Shown piece by piece: positions 9,418 through 25,682 of a stretch of DNA of 64,000 bases. Source of the DNA: an uncultured Gammaproteobacteria bacterium (lineage in GTDB: Bacteria > Pseudomonadota > Gammaproteobacteria > Competibacterales > Competibacteraceae); contig CAVRCC010000034.1 in assembly GCA_963719395.1 (NCBI GenBank), positions 130,253 through 194,252 on the forward strand, read 5' to 3'. Positions within the stretch are counted from its first letter, which is position 1. Every line of letters begins with the position of its first letter. A program made the translations under genes and the position numbers. The notes beneath the pieces are model-generated. The model had not been told where the DNA came from. It searched no databases and worked only from the letters and a program-made list of their open reading frames with translations.

Positions 9418-12051
9418 CTATGCCTCCACCACCTCGGGCGCCTCCAGATAACAGAACACATTCTGTTTGAGCGTGTTGGCGTTCAACCGCAGCACCGCCC
9501 GGCACTGGTCGTTCGGCAGATCGATCACCCGCACGCAGTGCGCCCATTCCGCTGCGTTCGGCAGCAGTTCCGCCAGCCGGTTGGGCTGGCGGTCGAAAAA
9601 GGCTTCATTCAAGCGGTTGTCCTGCCGCTGCGGAAACAGCGCCAGGTACAGAATGTCAGTCTCCACCAGATCGCTGAAGAAATGCGTGCCCAGCGACACG
9701 TCCGGCACCAGATCGCCGTGCATGGTCACCATCTCGCACAGCACCGTGGCATTATTGATTTCCGCGAACCGCACCGGCACCCCCAGTTCCGGCGAGGTCG
9801 TCCCCCAACGGCCTGGCCCTATCAGCAAGCTGGTCTTGGCAGCGTCCGGCCCCCGCAGCCGGGTGATCTGGCCGATCAGCCGGGCGATCTTGTGCCGGTC
9901 ATTCAACGGCAACTGCCCGTAAACCCCGGGCACGACATACACCAGTCGCTCGATGGTCCCGATCCGGCTGTGGCCGATCACCGCGCCGTGGGCCTCCAGC
10001 ACCAACCGCTCGGGATCGATCCGCGCTGGCGGGTTGGGAATGGTGCCCGCTTCTCGCACCTGGAACGGCCGGCATTGCAACAAATCGATCTTGTAATGCC
10101 TTTCATCGACGAAATTCGCCGTGAACTCGACGTCCACCGGATAGTCGTAAGCCTGCTGCAAGGTCTTAAGCATGTCGCGCAAGTCGGCTACGAACGGCGT
10201 GTTCCGCAGCAGTTGCTCGAAGGTCAGCACCCACGGGAACACATCGCGTATCCCGCGCTCCCGCGCCCGCTGTTCCAGTTCGTCGTCCACCGAGGCCACC
10301 ATCCGCAACGGCAGGTCCGGGCTCTGTTGGACGACTTCGCTGAACTGCCGGGTCGTGAGCTGGCCATCCTCCAAGTCGAGCACGTCGATGCGCCGCTGGG
10401 CGTACTGGCGCACGCTGTCAAAATTGCTCTCCGGCCGCCGTTCTGGATCGCTCAGCGACACCACCCGGGTGTAATCGTCGTCGGAACGGTCCACCGCCCG
10501 GGTGCCCAATCCCAGCACCAGCCGCACCATCCCGGCGGACGGATCGATCTGCTCGCTCCAGACGTAGGGATTAAACGACAACCCCACCCCGGCGACGTGC
10601 GGATAGAACAGCCGACCTTGCCGGAAACCGGACACCCGCTGCACCAGCAGGCCCATCTGTTCGTCGCGATCCAGAATCCCGCGCCGCGCCCGGTATTGCA
10701 GCGCCCGCTCGCTCATGGTGCTGGCGTAGATGGTCCGCACCGCCGACAGCAGATCCTCCAGCCGCTTCTCGCGCGGCCCCTGGTTGACGCAGAACACACT
10801 GTCGTACTTGCCGGCGAAGGCGTTGCCAAAATTGTCCTCCAACAGGCTGCTGGAGCGCACGATGATCGGCGACTGGCCAAAATAATCCAGCATGTCGGAA
10901 AACTGCTGCAGGATGTAATCCGAGAAATCCCCACGCAAGATGCGCCGCCGCGCTGTCTCCGCTCCATCCAGGAACGTCGCGGGATTCTTCTGCTTCTCTC
11001 GCACCCACCAGCAGCCGTTGCGGACCAGAAAGGTGTAAAACACGTCCGAACCGATGAAGAACGAGTCGTGAATTTCCAGCAGCTCGCGCCAGCGTGGGTC
11101 GCTGCGTTTGAGGATGGCCCGCGCCAGCAACACGCCTACCGCCTTGCCGCCGATCAGGCCGGTGCCGATCATCCGCCGCTGGATCGCCAGAATGTCGCTC
11201 AGGGTCAGCACCTTCTCCGCCAGCCCGATCACCCGCTCGTCGCGCGACACGGTCATCCGCAGCGTGTGCTGCAACAGATCGCGCGCCAGTTCGGCGACAG
11301 GCACATTGTCGCGCTCCGCCGCGACCACCTGCTCCGCTTCCAGGAACGTCCGGTTCCAGATATCCAGCCGGGGATCGTTGGTCTTCAACCCGGACCACGG
11401 AAACCGTGTCAGGATTTCGGAAATAGTGATGCTGTCGGCCACCGGCGCGAAATCCTCGCCCCGCCAGACATGCAGCATGTACATGGTCGGCGAATAACGC
11501 TGCTGCACTTTCAACGGCCGAACGTACAACTCGCCTTGATGCCGGTAAACGTCGTTGAACAACTGGGTGGTGTCGAGAATCGGCGCCGTGGCGTGGAACG
11601 AATGATGGCCGCGCAACAGCGCAAAATAGGCCACCGTTTCCAGATCGTACAAATACGGGCAAGTCAGCATGAAGAAATTGCCCAGCATCTGGTCGCTGTA
11701 CCAGTCGGCGACCAGATCGGACAGACAGTCGAACACGTAGTAGGCCCCGCGCCCGGTCTGCTCGATGGTCTTGTGAATGGCGGTCAGGAACGGTTCGAAG
11801 CCCTCGCCAGGATCCAGCACCCGCACTTCCACTCCCGGACCCTCCGCCACCAGCGCCGGGTGTCGGGCAAAATGGAAATACACCAGCTTGCGGCCCCGGG
11901 TACGGGCGTACTGGCAAAACGGTTCGACCAGCGGCATGTAATCGTCAATGCTATCTACCTGCCAAACGATGTTGTCACCCGCCATCACCCCCCGGAACAC
12001 CCGGTCCAGGCCCGCCAGCCCCGTGCTCACCTGTGCATCAATCGCCGCCAT
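9418..12051 (-). CDS. PEP/pyruvate-binding domain protein (PPDK/PEP synthase N-terminal-like)
   Basis: IGGKAVG, PIIVRSSSLLED..FAGKY.S, GLGTRAV, PVDVEF, LLQCRP and GPGRWG motifs. Confidence 0.8.
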   Translation of the reverse strand: MAAIDAQVSTGLAGLDRVFRGVMAGDNIVWQVDSIDDYMPLVEPFCQYARTRGRKLVYFHFARHPALVAEGPGVEVRVLDPGEGFEPFLTAIHKTIEQTGRGAYYVFDCLSDLVADWYSDQMLGNFFMLTCPYLYDLETVAYFALLRGHHSFHATAPILDTTQLFNDVYRHQGELYVRPLKVQQRYSPTMYMLHVWRGEDFAPVADSITISEILTRFPWSGLKTNDPRLDIWNRTFLEAEQVVAAERDNVPVAELARDLLQHTLRMTVSRDERVIGLAEKVLTLSDILAIQRRMIGTGLIGGKAVGVLLARAILKRSDPRWRELLEIHDSFFIGSDVFYTFLVRNGCWWVREKQKNPATFLDGAETARRRILRGDFSDYILQQFSDMLDYFGQSPIIVRSSSLLEDNFGNAFAGKYDSVFCVNQGPREKRLEDLLSAVRTIYASTMSERALQYRARRGILDRDEQMGLLVQRVSGFRQGRLFYPHVAGVGLSFNPYVWSEQIDPSAGMVRLVLGLGTRAVDRSDDDYTRVVSLSDPERRPESNFDSVRQYAQRRIDVLDLEDGQLTTRQFSEVVQQSPDLPLRMVASVDDELEQRARERGIRDVFPWVLTFEQLLRNTPFVADLRDMLKTLQQAYDYPVDVEFTANFVDERHYKIDLLQCRPFQVREAGTIPNPPARIDPERLVLEAHGAVIGHSRIGTIERLVYVVPGVYGQLPLNDRHKIARLIGQITRLRGPDAAKTSLLIGPGRWGTTSPELGVPVRFAEINNATVLCEMVTMHGDLVPDVSLGTHFFSDLVETDILYLALFPQRQDNRLNEAFFDRQPNRLAELLPNAAEWAHCVRVIDLPNDQCRAVLRLNANTLKQNVFCYLEAPEVVEA

Positions 12052-12213
12052 TACACTCTCCCATTCACGTCAGTGGTCAGTGATCAGAAGCCGCTGTTCA
12101 CTGTCCTGGTGTTCTTTTGCTGTTTGCGTCGTGGGTCGCGCCCACGCGGGCGCAATCATAACCCATACGATGGATGGTCATCGTGCCCGCCTATTTCCCC
12201 CTACGCCGGTTAA

Positions 12214-12249
12214 TTGACATCATAGCATCAGATCAACTATGTTCTGATG
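12214..12249 (+). promoter_or_regulatory. Sigma70-like promoter with overlapping inverted-repeat operator for the vapBC pair
   Basis: TTGACA-N18-TATGTT; inverted repeat CATCAGA (12226) / TCTGATG (12243); ATG follows at 12251, so possibly leaderless. Confidence 0.55.
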
Positions 12250-12250
12250 T

Positions 12251-12499
12251 ATGAGAACGACGCTGACGCTTGACGAAGATGTCGCCGCCATCCTGGAGCG
12301 GCTGCGAAAATCGCGCAACGCAAGCCTGAAAGACCTGGTAAATGAAGCTTTGCGTCAGGGTTTACAGCGGATGACGGCTCCATCCACCCCACGCCCGCCG
12401 TTCCAGACGCGAACGGTCGCGCTTGGCCGCTGCCGCCTCGGCAGCATCGACAATATCGCCGACGCGCTTGCAGCCATCGAGGGTGAGGCGTTCAAGTGA
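12251..12499 (+). CDS. vapB: Ribbon-helix-helix antitoxin (VapB-like)
   Basis: [14 protein letters not shown] start; overlaps PIN toxin by 4 nt. Confidence 0.8.
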   Translation: MRTTLTLDEDVAAILERLRKSRNASLKDLVNEALRQGLQRMTAPSTPRPPFQTRTVALGRCRLGSIDNIADALAAIEGEAFK

Positions 12500-12924
12500 T
12501 CCTCGTTGATGCCAACCTCCTGATTTACGCCCACGTCAGCACCTTTCCCCAGCACGAGCGCGCCCGGAACTGGCTGGATGAACAGATGAATGGCGCTGCG
12601 CCGGTCGGATTGCCTTGGCCAAGCCTACTGGCTTTCCTGCGACTGGTGACCAATCCCCGGCTGTTCGATAACCCCGAGTCCATCACCGATGCTTGGGAGC
12701 AAGTCGTGGCGTGGTTGAACTGCGACCCTTCGTGGATTCCCGCGCCTACTGAACGGCACATCCAGATTTTGGGCAGCTTGCTTTCCGGGCCAGGCGTTCA
12801 TGCCAACCTGGTTCCCGACGCGCATCTAGCGGCGCTGGCCATCGAGCACGGCTTGATTTTGTGTTCCACCGACGGCGACTTCGGGCGTTTTTCAGAGCTA
12901 CGCTGGCGAAATCCGTTGGCCTGA
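12496..12924 (+). CDS. vapC: PIN-domain toxin VapC
   Basis: [23 protein letters not shown] and STDGDF motifs. Confidence 0.9.
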   Translation: MILVDANLLIYAHVSTFPQHERARNWLDEQMNGAAPVGLPWPSLLAFLRLVTNPRLFDNPESITDAWEQVVAWLNCDPSWIPAPTERHIQILGSLLSGPGVHANLVPDAHLAALAIEHGLILCSTDGDFGRFSELRWRNPLA

Positions 12925-12952
12925 GCGGCTCCCCAGTTGGTGCAGCGCATTG

Positions 12953-13309
12953 TTAGCCGGCGCTCTCGTCATTTTCTTCGTCTATATTGGAAAGTTGCTC
13001 AGTAACCTTGGGTAGTTCGGTGCTGACGATTTGCCACACAATGTCGAGGTTGACGCCGAAGTAATGGTGGATCAAGCGATCTCGGGCTCCGGCCATGCTC
13101 TTCCATGGAACACCAGTATGAGCAGCACGGAACTCTTCCGACAGGTTTTTCGTGGCTTCACCCAGAATCTCCAAATTGCGAATGACAGCATCTTGTGTCT
13201 TGGTATCCTTCACAAAGGAGTCATACTCAATGCCCACCAAGTAAGTCGAAATGCGCTGGATGGCTTCACGGATGTCACTGAGAAGCTCTCGATCTGCACG
13301 CTTAGACAT
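12953..13309 (-). CDS. HEPN (DUF86) RNase toxin, HepT-like
   Basis: DAVIRNLEILGEA and RX4HXY motif RDRLIHHY. Confidence 0.88.
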   Translation of the reverse strand: MSKRADRELLSDIREAIQRISTYLVGIEYDSFVKDTKTQDAVIRNLEILGEATKNLSEEFRAAHTGVPWKSMAGARDRLIHHYFGVNLDIVWQIVSTELPKVTEQLSNIDEENDESAG

Positions 13310-13604
13310 ATACAATACTTTCAGCAATACTCTTCGCCACTCGATCAATACGAATATTCTGAATCCCGGCTGGCGTTAGAACATCGACCTTACGGCCCAA
13401 AACAGCTTCTAAATAGTCAACCAAATCGAGAAACCGAAATCCAATCGGACGCTCGAACTCCACGAGAATATCAATATCGCTGGTTTCGTTAGGTTGACCC
13501 TTGGCATACGAGCCAAATAGCCCGATTTTACTGACCCCAAACTCGGCAGTCAGATAGGCTTGTTCCCTTTGTAACAACTGAACCAGCGTGTCTTTCGTCA
13601 ACAT
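13302..13604 (-). CDS. Minimal nucleotidyltransferase antitoxin, MntA-like
   Basis: GLFGSYAKGQPNETSDIDILV (GSX10DXD); overlaps the HEPN gene. Confidence 0.88.
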   Translation of the reverse strand: MLTKDTLVQLLQREQAYLTAEFGVSKIGLFGSYAKGQPNETSDIDILVEFERPIGFRFLDLVDYLEAVLGRKVDVLTPAGIQNIRIDRVAKSIAESIVYV

Positions 13605-13822
13605 AGTCCCCTCTACTTGGAAGAGCGGATCGGCCCGTCCACTCGTTGAAAACCAGTATGCCATGCCTTGGGGCTGGCTGCTGCCCAAGGCAGCCATGAT
13701 TATGCCCCTGACGGTCAGGTACAGCAGCTTTTAAGCATTTTGATTGACCATTTCAATCAAAATTCCAATAATCTTGGACCATTTTACCAGGTTCAAACAA
13801 GCACGGAGCTGATGAGGCTAAT

Positions 13823-15067
13823 TCACAAAAACAGCTTGAACGAGTATTCGTAAATGAGTGTAGCGATCAGTGACGCAATAACGCCAAAAATCACCTGCAC
13901 GACGTTTGATTTATCGCGCTGTTGTTTTTCCAGTGTCCTTGTACTCTTTGATGTAATGGCTATGACGCTGCGCATGCGGAACAATCGCAAATACAATGCC
14001 GCAATGAGATAAGAGAACACGTAAAGCTCTATAACCTTGAGATAGCCGAAGATTTCGGTAATTTTTTCAATGGTCACCAACTGTTCGAGTTCTGTCTTTA
14101 GTGTCCGAACGATAGTGGAAGACTCAATGTTTTTGTCGTAGTAACCACTCTTCATCTTCTCGATTACCGCGCTATACCTTTCGTCGAAGAAACCTCTCCT
14201 GTAAAGGTGCTCGATAACGCCGTGGTCACTTCTACGTAGGTCTCTGATGAGAAAAAATTGCATCAAGAGATTGGAATCAGTTGCAACACGAGGTGATATT
14301 CCCTCACGGTTGTTAGCCTTTGGCGCTACCACGTCCGCTACATCAAACATAAATTCCGCTTCAACCTTGGCCGGACTTCGAAGGTTGCTGATTTGAATCG
14401 TGATGTAAATAATTCCAACCACTAGAGTAAACAATGCGACAGTCATTAAAACCCCGAAAATATTCAGGCGTCTTAAAGAGTCAATAGTGCGGTAGGCAAG
14501 AGAGTATGGCACTCTAACCTTCTTAATTTGCTCTTCGAACAACCGCAGCACTTCAACGGCCCATAATTGGTTGGAGTGCTCTATGGAAACGGTAATCTCA
14601 CCAGTTGTGCCACGACCTTTAGCATCAAAAAGCAAATTGACCTTCTGTTGCCGAATAGCGTTTTGATCAGGCACGCGAAACACAAATTGCCATATCAGAT
14701 TGAAAGAAATGACTTCAAGATCGCGATACTCGTTGAATTTTTCAAGTGATTCTATCGTATTAATTGTGCGATTGGTGCCATCGTCGTAGTGGATCGTAGC
14801 AGTCGCCAATGATAATGAAATGAATTGTTCGTTCTTTATCTTGTGCTCAAGAAGGTGATGAAACTGAAAGATGTCATCTAGCTTGACTATGAAGTCGTCG
14901 GGATATGGCTTCGATAACGTTTCTTTTGGGCCAAGAAAGCCGAGCAGGAACTCCGCGAATTTTCCCCTTGGCAGCGTTACCGTGATATCGCCATGATCAT
15001 CGGTCCGAGCGGCGGCGATCTCAAATTCGGGCGTGTCACGAGGTACGGGATTTTCAGTCTTTGACAT
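13823..15067 (-). CDS. Hypothetical membrane protein, low GC
   Basis: 414-aa ORF with about three hydrophobic segments; no motif recognised. Confidence 0.65.
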   Translation of the reverse strand: MSKTENPVPRDTPEFEIAAARTDDHGDITVTLPRGKFAEFLLGFLGPKETLSKPYPDDFIVKLDDIFQFHHLLEHKIKNEQFISLSLATATIHYDDGTNRTINTIESLEKFNEYRDLEVISFNLIWQFVFRVPDQNAIRQQKVNLLFDAKGRGTTGEITVSIEHSNQLWAVEVLRLFEEQIKKVRVPYSLAYRTIDSLRRLNIFGVLMTVALFTLVVGIIYITIQISNLRSPAKVEAEFMFDVADVVAPKANNREGISPRVATDSNLLMQFFLIRDLRRSDHGVIEHLYRRGFFDERYSAVIEKMKSGYYDKNIESSTIVRTLKTELEQLVTIEKITEIFGYLKVIELYVFSYLIAALYLRLFRMRSVIAITSKSTRTLEKQQRDKSNVVQVIFGVIASLIATLIYEYSFKLFL

Positions 15068-15323
15068 ATGGCTCTCTTAAGTGATGGTTACGTGTTGTCC
15101 ATGTGGATTAGTGATTGCCAAATTATTTTAACCCCACATGTTCGGCGTCGTGGTGGACGCCCGCTCAAGCCACATCGCATGGCGAAACTGACCGAGCAGA
15201 TGCACTCGCTCCTGTGGCAGGATATAAAAGCACTGGCCGCCCGTCAGCATCGGCGAGTCGTCAAACTAGCCCCACAGCGGCATAATCATAATCCATAATG
15301 CCCGGTCACTGTCCCCACCGACC

Positions 15324-16496
15324 ATGAAGACCCTTCCGATTCCTACCCCTACGGTTGCCACTGCCCCACCGTTACCGCTGGAACGCCTGCGCCTGCCGGA
15401 CGAACTCGACGGCCGCGCCGGCCACAACCGCGCCGGCCCGGACGTGGTCTGTCAACTGGGCGCCGGCAACGACCTGGAAGCCGTCCAAGCCTGGCTGGCC
15501 GAGTTCCACGACTCGCCGCAAACCCTGCGTGGCTATCGCAAGGAAGCCGAACGCTTGTTGCTGTGGGCGCTGCTGGAATGCGGCAAACCGCTATCCAGCC
15601 TCACCCGCGAGGACTGCATTCTCTACGAAGCCTTCCTCGCCGATCCCCAGCCCCGCGAGCGCTGGTGCGGGTCCAAGGCGCCCCGCTTCAGCCCACACTG
15701 GCGGCCATTTATGGGGCCGCTCAGTCCCGCCAGCCGCAAACTGGCCATGCTGATCATCAACTCCCTGTTCAGCTACCTGGTCAAGGCCGGCTATCTCGCC
15801 GGCAATCCGCTGGCGCTGGCCCGGCGCCGGGGGCGCGGTCACCAACCCATGCGGCAGGTGGAACGCTTTCTCGAACACGACCAGTGGCAGGCCCTGCTGG
15901 CCACGGTCGACGAACTGCCCCGCGACAGCGAACGGGATAGCCAGCATCAGGCCCGGGCGAAATACCTGGTCGCCCTCCTCTACCTGCTCGGTCCCCGGGT
16001 CAGCGAAGTCGCCGGCCACGCCATGAGCAGCTTTGTCCAGATTCGCGGGCGCTGGTGGTGGCGCGTGATCGGCAAGGGCCGCAAGGAAGCCCAGGTGCCG
16101 GTCAATCAGGACATGCTGCAAGCCCTTCGCGACTACCGGCGCTTTTACGGCCTGCCGCCTCTGCCCGCGCCGGACGAGACCACCCCGCTCATCCTCAATC
16201 TCAAGGGAACCAGCGGCATCGGCGACAACATGATTTACCGCATCGTCAAGGATCTGGTGGCGAAGGCGGCGAAGCGACTGGAAACGGACGACCCCCACCA
16301 AGCCGACAAGCTGCGCCGCGCCTCCACCCACTGGTTCCGCCACACCAGCATCACCCACCAGGCCGACGCCGGTATCGAGATCCAATTCCTGCAACGCAAC
16401 GCCCGCCACGCCCGCATCGACACCACCGGCCTGTACCTGCACGCCGAGGAAAAGGAATGGCACGAAACGATGGAACGCCACCGCCTCAAGGAATAA
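15324..16496 (+). CDS. Tyrosine recombinase (site-specific integrase/resolvase)
   Basis: Catalytic R (GPRVSE), K (GKGRK), HxxR (HWFRH) and H..Y (RHARIDTTGLY); N-terminal LPDELDGRAGHNRA extension. Confidence 0.92.
   Translation: MKTLPIPTPTVATAPPLPLERLRLPDELDGRAGHNRAGPDVVCQLGAGNDLEAVQAWLAEFHDSPQTLRGYRKEAERLLLWALLECGKPLSSLTREDCILYEAFLADPQPRERWCGSKAPRFSPHWRPFMGPLSPASRKLAMLIINSLFSYLVKAGYLAGNPLALARRRGRGHQPMRQVERFLEHDQWQALLATVDELPRDSERDSQHQARAKYLVALLYLLGPRVSEVAGHAMSSFVQIRGRWWWRVIGKGRKEAQVPVNQDMLQALRDYRRFYGLPPLPAPDETTPLILNLKGTSGIGDNMIYRIVKDLVAKAAKRLETDDPHQADKLRRASTHWFRHTSITHQADAGIEIQFLQRNARHARIDTTGLYLHAEEKEWHETMERHRLKE
16390..16496 (+). repeat. 107-bp direct repeat copy 1 (recombinase 3' end)
   Basis: Matches 17775-17881 with 6 mismatches counted by eye. 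Confidence 0.9.
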
Positions 16497-16504
16497 AACG
16501 CCCC

Positions 16505-17662
16505 TTACGGATTCTCGATCAGACGCCATCCCACGACCCGACACCCTTCCCGCTCATAGCGCTCCTCCCCGCCAAACACCAGGATCGGCGGCAGGGCATC
16601 GTTCCCCGCCAGGGTCTGCCATTTTCGGGCGGCTTGCGGCCAGTCCGCGGCAAACGTACTGCCCGATTTGATCTCGATGGCTTGTAAGCCCTGCGGCGTT
16701 TCATACAACACATCGACTTCATGGCCAACATGATCGCGCCAGAAATACAGATCGGCCGGCCGGCCCGCGTGGAATCGCTGTTTAACGAGTTCGCTGACGA
16801 CATAGGTTTCAAACAGCGCGCCCCGTGAAGCGTGCGTTTCGATGCTCGCCGCATCGCGAATGCCCAGCAGCCAGGCCATCAGTCCGACATCCAGGAAATA
16901 CAGCTTCGGGGTTTTCACTAACCGCTTGCCAAAATTGCGGTAATACGGCGGCAAGCGCATGACCACATAGCTCGCCTCCAGCACCGACAGCCAGTCGCGC
17001 GCCGTCACCGCCGAAACCCCACAATCGGCGCCCAGGGCGGTCAGGTTGAGCATCTGGCCGGATCGCGCCGCGCACATCCGCACAAAACGCTGAAACTGCG
17101 TCAGATCGCGGATGGCGATCAACTGCCGGACATCGCGCTCCAGATAGGTCGCGACATAGTTGGGAAACCAGTCCTCCGGCGACAGGTCGCGGTCGTACAG
17201 CGCCGGATATCCACCCCGCCACAGCATCGCTTCCAGCGAACGCGGCTGCTGACCTACCCCAGCCAGTTCGCCCACCGACAGGGGCAACAACTCGACGCGC
17301 CCCACTCGGCCAGCGAGGGACTGGGTCACGCCGGACATCAAATCGAACTGCGCGGAGCCCGTCAGAATGAAATCGCCCATCCGGCCCCGTTCATCCACCA
17401 GCCCCTGCACCCAGGACAGCAACGCCGGACAACGCTGCGCTTCGTCCAGAATGGCGCCCTCGTCAAATCGCCGCAGAAACCGGCGCGGATCGCGCTCGGC
17501 GAACTCGCGCTCGTCCGGATTTTCCAGCGAAACATACGGCTTGTCAGGGAATGCGGCCTTCGCCAGGGTCGTTTTGCCCGACTGACGCGGCCCGGTCAAG
17601 GCGATAACCGGAAAGCCTTTCGCCAAACGATGCAAGGTGCTCGTCGCGGTACGGGGAATCAT
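16505..17662 (-). CDS. AAA_14-type ATPase with DUF4143 C-terminus
   Basis: GPRQSGKTT, ILDEAQ, LTGS, SLAGR, GGYP, KLYFLDVG and EVD..IEIKS motifs. Confidence 0.88.
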   Translation of the reverse strand: MIPRTATSTLHRLAKGFPVIALTGPRQSGKTTLAKAAFPDKPYVSLENPDEREFAERDPRRFLRRFDEGAILDEAQRCPALLSWVQGLVDERGRMGDFILTGSAQFDLMSGVTQSLAGRVGRVELLPLSVGELAGVGQQPRSLEAMLWRGGYPALYDRDLSPEDWFPNYVATYLERDVRQLIAIRDLTQFQRFVRMCAARSGQMLNLTALGADCGVSAVTARDWLSVLEASYVVMRLPPYYRNFGKRLVKTPKLYFLDVGLMAWLLGIRDAASIETHASRGALFETYVVSELVKQRFHAGRPADLYFWRDHVGHEVDVLYETPQGLQAIEIKSGSTFAADWPQAARKWQTLAGNDALPPILVFGGEERYEREGCRVVGWRLIENP

Positions 17663-17688
17663 TTTACAAATCCAAACCAAAACTATTG

Positions 17689-17715
17689 ATTTGTAATTTT
17701 AATGAAATTACAGAT
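17689..17715. promoter_or_regulatory. Palindromic operator-like site upstream of the AAA ATPase gene
   Basis: ATTTGTAATTT-TAATG-AAATTACAGAT. Confidence 0.4.
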
Positions 17716-17774
17716 TGTTGCGCAAGCCTCCTTGCTGTTGAAGAATGGAGTGGATTTGGCGTCGCGATTCCTTA

Positions 17775-17881
17775 TGCAACGCAACGCCCGCCACGCCCGC
17801 ATCGACACCACCGGCCTGTACCTGCACGCCGAGGAAAAAGAATGGCACGAAACCATGGAACGCCATCGGCTCAAAGATTAA
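17775..17881 (+). repeat. 107-bp direct repeat copy 2 (orphan recombinase 3' end)
   Basis: Encodes QRNARHARIDTTGLYLHAEEKEWHETMERHRLKD*. Confidence 0.9.
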
Positions 17882-19318
<1,437 letters not shown>

Positions 19319-19523
19319 TCTCGGGATGATTTTCGTCGCCGGTCTTGTCAAACGTCCGGACCGGCGACGCTGCCCGTTCACGGCGGTTGCGCGAACGGCC
19401 ATGGGGTCGGTAGTATGTATTTTTTCGATTTTTCGGGATTGTTACGGTCTCCGATCCCCCCAGTGGACTCGGGGATCCGTCCGGACAGGGAGGCCGTTAG
19501 CCGCTGTTATTGAGGAATGACTC

Positions 19524-24173
<4,650 letters not shown>

Positions 24174-24177
24174 TGTC

Positions 24178-25614
24178 ATGGGCAAGCCAACCGGTTTTCT
24201 GGAAATCGTCCGCCACGAACACGGCTACGCGCCGGTCGCGGAACGAGTCACCCACTTTCGCGATTTCGTGGCGCCCCTGCCAGAACCCACTGTCCGCGAA
24301 CAGGCCGCGCGCTGTATGGATTGCGGCATTCCCTACTGCCATCGCGGCTGTCCGGTCCACAACATCATTCCCGATTGGAACGATCTGGTGTATCGCGGCA
24401 ACTGGCGCGAGGCGTTGGACGTGTTGCACTCCACCAACAACTTCCCGGAATTTACCGGGCGGATTTGTCCGGCGCCCTGCGAAGCCTCCTGCACGCTGAA
24501 CTTCAACGATTCGCCGGTGACGATCAAGGACATCGAGTGCGCCATCATCGACAAGGGCTGGGCGGAAGGCTGGGTGGCGCCGCAAATCGCCGCCCACCGC
24601 ACCGGCAAGCGGGTGGCCGTGATCGGCTCCGGTCCCGCCGGCTTGGCCTGCGCCCAGCAACTGGCGCGGGCCGGCCATGTGGTGGTGGTGTTCGAGAAAA
24701 ATGACCGGATCGGCGGCCTGCTCCGTTACGGCATCCCCGACTTCAAGCTGGAAGCCCGGCTGATCGACCGCCGACTGGCGCAACTGCGGGCCGAGGGCGT
24801 GGAATTCCGACCCAACAGCCACGTTGGCGCCGATATCCCGGCCCGCGCCTTGCTGGCCGAGTTCGACGCGGTGGTGCTGGCCGGCGGTTCCGAGCAACCG
24901 CGCGACCTCAACGTGCCCGGCCGCGAATTGCGCGGCATTCATTTCGCCATGGATTTCCTGACTCAGCAAAACCACCGGGTGGCCGGGCAGAAGATCGTCG
25001 CCGAAGAGATCCTGGCCACTGATAAAGACGTGGTGGTAATCGGCGGTGGCGACACCGGTTCCGACTGTGTTGGCACCTCGGTCCGCCAGGGTGCGCGCTC
25101 CGTGACCCAGTTGGAAATCATGCCCAAGCCGCCGCTGCACGAGAACAAACTGCTAACGTGGCCGAACTGGCCGCTGAAGCTGCGCACCTCCACCTCCCAC
25201 GAGGAAGGCTGCGAACGCGACTGGGCGGTAACCACCCAACAGTTCCTCGGCCAAGACGGCCAAGTGGCGGCGATTCAAATCGTGCGGTTGGAATGGCGCG
25301 AAAGCAACGGTCGGCAGATCATGGTGGAAGTGTCCGATAGCGCGTTCGAGATCAAAGCCGATTTAGTGCTGCTGGCGATGGGTTTCGTCCATCCGGTCCA
25401 CGCCGGGATGCTGGAAGAACTGGGCGTGGCGCTGGACCCGCGCGGCAACATCCGCGCTGGGGAAGACGACTACCAAACCTCGGTCAATAAGATCTTCACC
25501 GCCGGCGACATGCGGCGCGGCCAGTCGCTGGTGGTTTGGGCCATCCGCGAGGGTCGGCAATGTGCCCGCGCGGTGGATGAGTATTTGATGGGAAGTTCCG
25601 AGTTACCGGTCTAA
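24178..25614 (+). CDS. gltD: Glutamate synthase small subunit
   Basis: [29 protein letters not shown] and [14 protein letters not shown] motifs. Confidence 0.96.
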   Translation: MGKPTGFLEIVRHEHGYAPVAERVTHFRDFVAPLPEPTVREQAARCMDCGIPYCHRGCPVHNIIPDWNDLVYRGNWREALDVLHSTNNFPEFTGRICPAPCEASCTLNFNDSPVTIKDIECAIIDKGWAEGWVAPQIAAHRTGKRVAVIGSGPAGLACAQQLARAGHVVVVFEKNDRIGGLLRYGIPDFKLEARLIDRRLAQLRAEGVEFRPNSHVGADIPARALLAEFDAVVLAGGSEQPRDLNVPGRELRGIHFAMDFLTQQNHRVAGQKIVAEEILATDKDVVVIGGGDTGSDCVGTSVRQGARSVTQLEIMPKPPLHENKLLTWPNWPLKLRTSTSHEEGCERDWAVTTQQFLGQDGQVAAIQIVRLEWRESNGRQIMVEVSDSAFEIKADLVLLAMGFVHPVHAGMLEELGVALDPRGNIRAGEDDYQTSVNKIFTAGDMRRGQSLVVWAIREGRQCARAVDEYLMGSSELPV

Positions 25615-25682
25615 GGCTGCAAGGCGCAAGGTGATATCCAACCTTGCGCCTTGTCGTCAGAGCGTCGGTTTCGAGTGAGGCG

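Noticed and set aside
9403-12213. 936-aa + strand ORF and other long antisense ORFs (e.g. 184-1221, 17708-19402, 19539-21566, 51192-52871)
   Set aside because: Shadow ORFs opposite well-supported genes in GC-rich DNA; no recognisable motifs.
12251-16496. Integron with gene cassette array
   Set aside because: The recombinase lacks the IntI-type features I would expect, no repeated attC-like hairpins were seen, and the genes are in mixed orientation.
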